Position numbers and translations under genes: made by a program. From an uncultured Candidatus Saccharibacteria bacterium (GTDB taxonomy: Bacteria; Patescibacteriota; Minisyncoccia; Phycocordibacterales; UBA918), in the NCBI GenBank assembly GCA_964350735.1, contig CAYGKO010000001.1:182578-246577 (forward strand): 64,000 nucleotides of DNA, written 5' to 3'. This document shows positions 57,962 to 64,000 of this stretch, piece after piece; position 1 is the stretch's first letter; each line of letters begins with the position of its first letter. The notes beneath the pieces were generated by a model. The model saw only the letters and a program-made list of their open reading frames with translations. It ran no database searches and was not told the origin of the DNA.

Positions 57962-59075
57962 GATTACTGATATCACTGATTTACGTGATAAGTACGTACT
58001 GGTGCGCACATCACTCAATGTTCCTATCGCAGATGGAGAGGTGACGAACCAGTTCCGGATTGCACGAGCATTGCCCACCATTAACTATCTTGTGCATCAA
58101 GGTGCGAAAGTACTACTTATAGCGCACATCGGTCGAGAAAAAACAGATACGCTGAAACCAGTGTTTGATGTCCTTGATGATATGCTCCCAATTCAGTGGT
58201 CTACTGAAACGATCGGCGAGTCAGTTCGACTACAGCGTGATAACTTGAAGTCTGGTGAAGTATTATTATTGGAAAACGTTCGTCAAAATGAAGGTGAAAA
58301 GTCAAACGACAAAAACTTTGCTGCAGATCTAGCAGCACTCGCTGATATGTATGTAAACGATGCTTTTGCGGCCTCCCATCGAGCGCACGCTTCGCTAGTA
58401 GGCGTGCCCAATCATCTTCCTTCGTACTTCGGCATGAACTTTATTCATGAGTATGAAGAGCAATGTCGGGTGATGCAGCCAGAGTCACCGTCGCTGTTCA
58501 TTTTAGGTGGAGCGAAGTTCGATACTAAGATGCCGTTGGTAGAAGAGTATATTGAAAAGTACGACCAGGTATTTATTGGCGGCGCCCTGGCAAATGATGT
58601 GTTTAAGGCTCAGGGATTTGAAGTGGGTACCTCGCTTGTTTCAGACGTTGATCTAACCGGAAATTCGTTTCTGAAGAGTGAAAAATTGTTGTTACCAGTC
58701 GATGTGACAGTACAGGGACCAAACGGCGTTCGTGTTTGTGCACCAGACGTTGTTGCGGCAGACGAAGCGATTCTGGATGCCGGTCCAGCCACAATTGAAA
58801 TGCTGACTCCATATGTAGGGTCAGCGAAGACTATTCTTTGGAATGGTCCACTTGGTAATTACGAAGCAGGCTATGGAAAAGAAACGGAGAGCCTCGGACG
58901 ACTAATCGCTGCTAGTGATGGCTATGCTGTCCTTGGCGGGGGAGACACCATTGCGGCAATTGAAGGGATTGGCCTGCAAGAAAAATTTGGCTTCCTTTCT
59001 ACTGCTGGCGGCGCCATGTTGACCTTTATGGAGAATGGCACCTTGCCCGCAATTGATGCTGTGATGAATAAGTAA
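57939..59075 (+). CDS. pgk: phosphoglycerate kinase
   Basis: N-terminal RTSLNVP and collinear Pgk signatures. Confidence 0.8.
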   Translation: MQKHTLPKITDITDLRDKYVLVRTSLNVPIADGEVTNQFRIARALPTINYLVHQGAKVLLIAHIGREKTDTLKPVFDVLDDMLPIQWSTETIGESVRLQRDNLKSGEVLLLENVRQNEGEKSNDKNFAADLAALADMYVNDAFAASHRAHASLVGVPNHLPSYFGMNFIHEYEEQCRVMQPESPSLFILGGAKFDTKMPLVEEYIEKYDQVFIGGALANDVFKAQGFEVGTSLVSDVDLTGNSFLKSEKLLLPVDVTVQGPNGVRVCAPDVVAADEAILDAGPATIEMLTPYVGSAKTILWNGPLGNYEAGYGKETESLGRLIAASDGYAVLGGGDTIAAIEGIGLQEKFGFLSTAGGAMLTFMENGTLPAIDAVMNK

Positions 59076-59077
59076 AT

Positions 59078-59581
59078 ATGTCGGAGTTCCACCCTGTCGT
59101 CCAAAAGATCAGAGATCTTTTGGACGTCCACCAGATTGCATACAAAACGTTTGAGCATGAAGCCGTCCGCACTAGTGAAGAGGCAGCAGCATTGCGACCA
59201 GAATATTCACTCAGCCAAGGGACCAAAGCGTTAATTGTGCGGATTAAGAAAAAGGGTGTGCCAAAAGACGCAGAAAAACAGTTTGTGCAACTAGTAGTGC
59301 CTGGTGATGCAAAGTTTCAACCACAAAAAGCCCGGGTCGCGCTTGCTGCTAAAGACATTCGATTTGCTACTCCTGAGGAAGTGGCAGAAATCACTGGTGG
59401 AGTCCAGCCGGGCGGTGTACCACCGTTTGGAAATCTATTTGGCTTGCCGGTTTTTATGGATACACAATGCTTAGAGCATGAAGAATCAATTTTCAATGCT
59501 GGTGATCGCCGTTATTCTATTGCTCTTAAAAACGCAGATTTGCTACAAGTAGTACAGCCCAAAATTGTAGAAATAACATAA
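59078..59581 (+). CDS. YbaK/ProX-like aminoacyl-tRNA deacylase domain protein
   Basis: Size and KALIV...GGV.PFG pattern of the YbaK editing domain. Confidence 0.4.
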   Translation: MSEFHPVVQKIRDLLDVHQIAYKTFEHEAVRTSEEAAALRPEYSLSQGTKALIVRIKKKGVPKDAEKQFVQLVVPGDAKFQPQKARVALAAKDIRFATPEEVAEITGGVQPGGVPPFGNLFGLPVFMDTQCLEHEESIFNAGDRRYSIALKNADLLQVVQPKIVEIT

Positions 59582-59622
59582 TCAAAAAAGCCGCCAGCAC
59601 TGCTGGCGGCTTTTTATGTTGG

Positions 59623-60030
59623 TTAGTCTTCGAGCGCAGCAATGATTTGGGTGGCGGTCAGGGCTAGTTCAGCATCATCTGCTTCTGCACTTTCGTGCAT
59701 GATAGCACCGAGCGCTTTCTCGGTATTTTGCATCGGGAACACCTTGATGTGGACATGAGGGACGTCAAATCCTTCTACGACGAGACAGGTGCGCTCAGCA
59801 TTAAGGGCAGCGTCACACGCTTTGCCCACCTTCTTGGCAATTTGGAAAAGATGCAGATAGGTTTCATCATCGAGGTCAAAGGCGTAGTCGACGTCTTTTT
59901 TAGGGATGATCAGCGTTTGGCCTTTGACGGCTGGGAATTTATCTAAGATTGCAACACAGTGTTCGTCCTCATAGAGAAAGTGTCCGGGGATCTCACGATT
60001 AATGATTTGGGTGAAAATTGATGCAGCCAT
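59623..60030 (-). CDS. HIT-family hydrolase
   Basis: Histidine triad VPHVHIKVFP. Start reset to MAASIFTQII. Confidence 0.65.
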   Translation of the reverse strand: MAASIFTQIINREIPGHFLYEDEHCVAILDKFPAVKGQTLIIPKKDVDYAFDLDDETYLHLFQIAKKVGKACDAALNAERTCLVVEGFDVPHVHIKVFPMQNTEKALGAIMHESAEADDAELALTATQIIAALED

Positions 60031-60096
60031 AATATATATAAAGTTGTATGCGCAGATTGTACCACGCAATTTTTGTTTGGTTCATAGGTACGCTTA

Positions 60097-61818
60097 GTGG
60101 TCGATGGTAAAATGAACTCAATGACTACTTACCGTGTGGCGGACACTGTTCCAACTGATGTGCAAGCCAGCTTAGCTGCTCATTCGCTGCACTTAGTTCA
60201 GCTCTTATACAACCGGTCTCTTACCGATGCGGCAGTAATCGATACATTCCTAGAACCCTCGTATGATGACCATCTTCACGATCCGATGTTGCTGCCAGAT
60301 ATGCAGGTTGCAGTAGAGCGGATTTTGAGAGCAATTACAAATGAAGAGAAGATTATTGTCTATAGTGATTATGATTGTGATGGTATCCCTGGTGGGGTGA
60401 TTTTGCACGATTTTTTAGTGGCTGCCGGTCACACAAACTTTGAGAACTACATTCCGCACCGTCACTTTGAAGGGTTTGGTTTTAACGAATCAGCTGCAGA
60501 GAAGTTGGCAGTAGCTGGTGCACAGCTGATCATTACAATTGATTGTGGAACCACAGATGTGACGGCCGTAGCGAAAGCCAAGGAACTTGGTGTTGATGTC
60601 ATCGTTACCGACCATCACCAACCAGGAGAAGTATTGCCAGCAGCGCTGGCAATTGTGAATCCACAGCTCGGTGACTCGTATCCCTTTAAAGGTCTATGTG
60701 GCGCGGCGGTGGTGTACAAGCTGGCACAGGCGTTGCTAGAGGCTGGAGATTTTGACATCGCTCCCGGGAAAGAAAAGTGGTGGCTTGATATGGTGGGGAT
60801 TGCAACCATCGCTGACATGGTTCCGCTTGTTGATGAGAACCGCGTACTGGCGAGCTATGGCTTGCGGGTTCTGCGGAAGTCTCGGCGACCAGGCTTGCAG
60901 CTGCTGCTGCGCAAGCAACGTGCCAATCAAGCGTATCTAACCGAAGACGATATCGGTTTCACGATTGGGCCGCGCATTAATGCGGCGTCTCGGATGGATA
61001 CGCCGCTCGAAGCCTTTACTCTGCTTGCGACTACTGACGAAGGTGAAGCCGGTGTGTCTGTCGATCGCCTCGAAGCGCTCAATAATGAACGCAAAGGCAT
61101 GGTCGCTAGTATGACTAAAGAGATTAATAAACGCATGAAGGAGTTATCCGAAGTCCCTGACGTGCTGGTGCTTGGTAATCCTGACTGGCGGCCGTCTTTA
61201 GTTGGTCTGGCTGCGAACAAACTCGCCGAGGAATACAAACGCCCAGCCTTCTTGTGGGGACGCGATGGTAATGGAGTAATCAAGGGATCGTGTCGGAGTG
61301 ATGGGCGAGTGAGTGTGGTGAAACTGATGCAGGCGATCCCCGAAGCCTTCCTTGAAGCCGGCGGTCATCACATGGCTGGTGGGTTCGCCGTACATGATGA
61401 TCAAGTATTTGATCTACCTAGTCGCTTTAACGAAGCGTTTGTAACCCTTGGGAATGAAGCGTTGGTTGATGAAGAGGTGGTACTTGATGCCAGTCTGCAA
61501 CTCACCGATATTAATCGAGATCTCCTCGCGACCCACAAGCGGATGGCTCCTTTCGGTGAAGCTAACCCAAAACCCCTGTATGAATTTGCCGGGGTCACAC
61601 CAAGTGAGGTGCAGTTGTTTGGAAAAGGGAAAGAACACTTGAAGCTTTTATTTGAAACGCCAAAGGGAAAGGTAGAAGCCATCGCCTTTTTTAAAACAGC
61701 CAAAGATTGGCAGCGAGAACCCTTGGCTGGCGCTGCCCTCTGCCTTATCGGTCACGTCGAAGAATCATTTTTTATGGGCCGGATGCAAACGAGAATTCGA
61801 ATAGTAGACATTGTCTAA
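60097..61818 (+). CDS. recJ: single-stranded-DNA-specific exonuclease RecJ
   Basis: DHH motifs YSDYDCDGIPG and IVTDHHQP, plus a DHHA1 domain. Confidence 0.75.
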   Translation: MVDGKMNSMTTYRVADTVPTDVQASLAAHSLHLVQLLYNRSLTDAAVIDTFLEPSYDDHLHDPMLLPDMQVAVERILRAITNEEKIIVYSDYDCDGIPGGVILHDFLVAAGHTNFENYIPHRHFEGFGFNESAAEKLAVAGAQLIITIDCGTTDVTAVAKAKELGVDVIVTDHHQPGEVLPAALAIVNPQLGDSYPFKGLCGAAVVYKLAQALLEAGDFDIAPGKEKWWLDMVGIATIADMVPLVDENRVLASYGLRVLRKSRRPGLQLLLRKQRANQAYLTEDDIGFTIGPRINAASRMDTPLEAFTLLATTDEGEAGVSVDRLEALNNERKGMVASMTKEINKRMKELSEVPDVLVLGNPDWRPSLVGLAANKLAEEYKRPAFLWGRDGNGVIKGSCRSDGRVSVVKLMQAIPEAFLEAGGHHMAGGFAVHDDQVFDLPSRFNEAFVTLGNEALVDEEVVLDASLQLTDINRDLLATHKRMAPFGEANPKPLYEFAGVTPSEVQLFGKGKEHLKLLFETPKGKVEAIAFFKTAKDWQREPLAGAALCLIGHVEESFFMGRMQTRIRIVDIV

Positions 61819-61880
61819 ACGTCGCAGACCACCAACTGATACGCGCCACCCAAAATTTTCACCCTCCCACCTGATATAAT

Positions 61881-61902
61881 TTAGTACGATATATCGTACT
61901 AA
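61881..61902. promoter_or_regulatory. perfect 22-bp palindrome TTAGTACGATATATCGTACTAA overlapping a TATAAT -10 box upstream of the yerC-like gene
   Basis: Seen directly. A second extended copy lies downstream. Confidence 0.5.
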
Positions 61903-61914
61903 CATATTACGAGT

Positions 61915-62313
61915 ATGCCTCATCTTTCTACAAAAAAATTATCGCAGGAATTGCAGACCGAGCTTTTTACACAACTGCAATCAGTAGTAGCAAGTGCCCG
62001 ATCTGAAACGGCTGGAAAAATTATCGATGAACTGCTAACTGAAACTGAGTATCAGATGTTATCAAAGCGTTTAGCCGCGGCAGTCATGTTTGACGTGGGA
62101 TGCTCCGCATATCAAGTATGGAATACGCTAGCTATCAGTCCATCAACGGCTGCTCGACTGCAGGTGGCGTATGAAGCGGGAGCGTATAGACAAACACTCA
62201 AGTCGCTACACAAATCACAGCGGCATGAAATCTGGCTTTTCTTAGAAAAACTATCTCGCGGCGGGTTGCCAGAAATGGGTAAAAACCGCTGGTCTGGTAT
62301 TACGAAAAACTAG
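61915..62313 (+). CDS. TrpR-like DNA-binding protein (YerC/YecD family)
   Basis: LLTETEYQMLSKRLAAAVM...ISPSTAAR matches the TrpR-like fold family. Confidence 0.5.
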   Translation: MPHLSTKKLSQELQTELFTQLQSVVASARSETAGKIIDELLTETEYQMLSKRLAAAVMFDVGCSAYQVWNTLAISPSTAARLQVAYEAGAYRQTLKSLHKSQRHEIWLFLEKLSRGGLPEMGKNRWSGITKN

Positions 62314-62316
62314 CAT

Positions 62317-62358
62317 CAGCCTCAATTTAGTACGATATATCGTACTAAATTGAGGCTG
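62317..62358. promoter_or_regulatory. perfect 42-bp palindrome CAGCCTCAATTTAGTACGATATATCGTACTAAATTGAGGCTG (contains the same 22-bp core)
   Basis: Seen directly between yerC-like and rnhA. It may serve as terminator and/or operator. Confidence 0.5.
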
Positions 62359-62390
62359 ATTGGTGATTTTGCTGTATAGTAAAAAGAATT

Positions 62391-62810
62391 ATGGAAAAAA
62401 TCATTGCTTATGCAGCAGGGAGAGCTAACGGTAATCCGGGGCCAGCGGCCGTTGGGGTATACGTGACTGATGAGTCAGGGGCCGTGGTGACTGAAGCAAA
62501 ATTATCGATTGGAAACAGTAACGATAATTATGCAGAGTATCACGGCGTGCTGCTAGCATTGCAAACCTTGCAGGAACACTACGGCCAAGTGACGGCAGAT
62601 ATGGCGTTTGAGATCCGACTCGATTCAGAATTTGTCTACAAGCAACTCAAGCATGTCGCCCCGGTCACTCACCCTGGCCTGGTCCCAATGTTTGTTGAGA
62701 TCCACAATATGCGGGTAGCCAGTTTCCCCCAGCTGACTGTAGTGCTTGTGCCTGAAGGAGAAAATAAAGAGGCTAAACTGTTAGTAAATGAAGTTTTGGA
62801 CGGGAAGTAG
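62391..62810 (+). CDS. rnhA: ribonuclease HI
   Basis: GNPGPAAVGVYV and a DEDD-type RNase H fold pattern. Confidence 0.6.
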   Translation: MEKIIAYAAGRANGNPGPAAVGVYVTDESGAVVTEAKLSIGNSNDNYAEYHGVLLALQTLQEHYGQVTADMAFEIRLDSEFVYKQLKHVAPVTHPGLVPMFVEIHNMRVASFPQLTVVLVPEGENKEAKLLVNEVLDGK

Positions 62811-62928
62811 AAATAAAACCAACTGAATCGGGAGTTTTAACTTGACGTCGGAACAGATTCGGAGTATTTTCGTACTATTCTCCGAGAACCCAACCAAGAA
62901 AGGGCGGGAATGGAGATGGGAGTGTTCT

Positions 62929-63123
62929 ATGAAAAATTATGAAGGACGGATGGTTTCCTTGTGTCGCCAGCACGCGGATCTCGCTGCTGAAATTGAAGAG
63001 AAGCAGCGTCAGCCTGGCGCTGACCATCTTGTGATTCAGAAACTCAAGAGAGAAAAACTCAGGCTCAAGGACGAAATCACTCGTCTGAGTGTCCAAGCCG
63101 CTGCAGCCATCGCTGCCGAATGA
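62929..63123 (+). CDS. DUF465/YdcH-like small protein
   Basis: LKREKLRLKDEI motif. Start reset to MKNY. Confidence 0.4.
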   Translation: MKNYEGRMVSLCRQHADLAAEIEEKQRQPGADHLVIQKLKREKLRLKDEITRLSVQAAAAIAAE

Positions 63124-63646
63124 GGGCGCGGCGAAGTTCGCCCCCTCAGATGCGTCCTCCCCCTGCCAAGAAAAAGAAAATAGCGCGGGGAAAAAACGGA
63201 AGTCGACGTGGAGGTATAAAGGCCTTGCGACGGCAGCAGCGCCGCTGAAAATGTTCGTTCGGGGTGGCGGTTTCCGCCACCCGCCCAGGGAAAGGTGTTA
63301 TCCAATTCGGGATGACGCCTATTTTTTTTGCGCAGTGGATTTATTTGACGGAGAAGTTATTTCTAGGTATTGTGTGATTAGGTTGGTTCTTTCTATAGGA
63401 GCCGACCGTCTTTGTTTGCATGAGGCAACGAAGAAAAGAACTCTTTCAGGAGACCGACATGACCGATGCTCGCAAACGAACACCAAACTACATGAGCGCC
63501 AAGAAAGGGGGTGAGCCCCGGTCCGTGGTTTAACGGCACGCAGCGATGCGTAAATTGTCGACATGATGTCGATTATATCTTGGCGCATATGCGCCGTGGC
63601 GCGGTCTAGCAAACCGCGCCTTTAACTTTTCTGCTACACTCATTCT

Positions 63647-64000
63647 ATGGGTGGTTTTTTATTTTATATAGGGACCTTGAGCTTTTTGTTGGGGGTGGGG
63701 GTGCGGACGGTGATTGGTTTTGATATTACGGTTGGGGTTTTGGGGTTGGTGGTATCGGTTGGGTTGGCACTATTGTGGCGGCGGGTGGAGGGACGAGAGG
63801 AAGGGGTTGGTAGGTGGATAGTGTTGGCTGCGGCCATTAGTCTTTTTTGTTTTTCACTCGGTCTCTTCCGGGTAGAGTGGGCCGATCAACACACCGAGCC
63901 GGTTATCTGGGAACAGTACGTGGAGAGTGAAGTAGTGCTCGAAGGTAGGGTGGTACGCGAACCAGACGTACGGGCTAACACACAACATTTGTATACTAAG
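63647..64000 (+). CDS. comEC: ComEC/Rec2 competence channel, N-terminal part (partial at window end)
   Basis: Hydrophobic N-terminal MGGFLFYIGTLSFLLGVGVRTVIGFDITVGVLGLVVSVGLALLWRR is typical of the ComEC N-terminal domain. The ORF runs off the window. Confidence 0.4.
   Translation, partial: MGGFLFYIGTLSFLLGVGVRTVIGFDITVGVLGLVVSVGLALLWRRVEGREEGVGRWIVLAAAISLFCFSLGLFRVEWADQHTEPVIWEQYVESEVVLEGRVVREPDVRANTQHLYTK

Noticed and set aside
1-64000. CRISPR arrays, rRNA genes, transposase/IS elements
   Set aside because: No regularly spaced short direct repeats with unique spacers were seen. No 16S/23S/5S signatures. No DDE transposase ORFs. The only recombinase is the serine integrase at 29086..30567.

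Overview
The window reads as a roughly 45-48% GC chromosome segment of a small-genome bacterium that uses the standard genetic code. TAG terminates the exonuclease III gene. Candidate Phyla Radiation-like traits are present: a type IV pilus locus with a giant pilin and a partial ComEC gene, and four tRNA genes that lack an encoded CCA end beside a cca gene. Core genes include cca, HU, ClpP, trigger factor, NusA, RNase Y, RecJ, Tpi/Pgk, IlvE, RNase HI, an ECF sigma/anti-sigma pair and a two-subunit ATP-citrate lyase. The hunt found six main things. (1) A dense array of 11 near-consensus parS centromere palindromes (GTTYCAYRTGRAAC) sits within 2 kb, mostly inside coding sequence, from the aclA 3' end through a YraN-like gene. 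(2) An integrated element lies at tRNA-Gly(UCC), carrying a large serine recombinase whose C-terminus overlaps the tRNA 3' end, a rolling-circle Rep (HUH plus YxxKYxxK), and an XRE repressor. Its AT-rich cargo is a small GIY-YIG nuclease directly followed by a 416-aa protein with a Shedu/DUF4263-like PD-(D/E)xK C-terminus. (3) Three roughly 28-bp direct repeats (GTTCGAACATCGTCCCGCAA...GCACA) resemble the tRNA-Gly 3' end. Each follows a short gene cassette (HD hydrolase; guanylate-kinase-like plus NUDIX; DapB-like), as if left by cassette accretion. (4) A ~62% GC island (21.3-23.2 kb) carries its own operator and terminators. (5) A TrpR/YerC-like regulator is flanked by 22-bp and 42-bp perfect palindromes. 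(6) Three genes look broken: a cutA gene interrupted by an in-frame TAG, a P-loop kinase with a frameshift, and a long upstream extension of the cca ORF that runs antisense over tRNA-Arg and is rejected as an artefact. Feature and finding coordinates that were recounted by hand are marked as such; the others are approximate to within a few bases. Product names come from motif recognition only.
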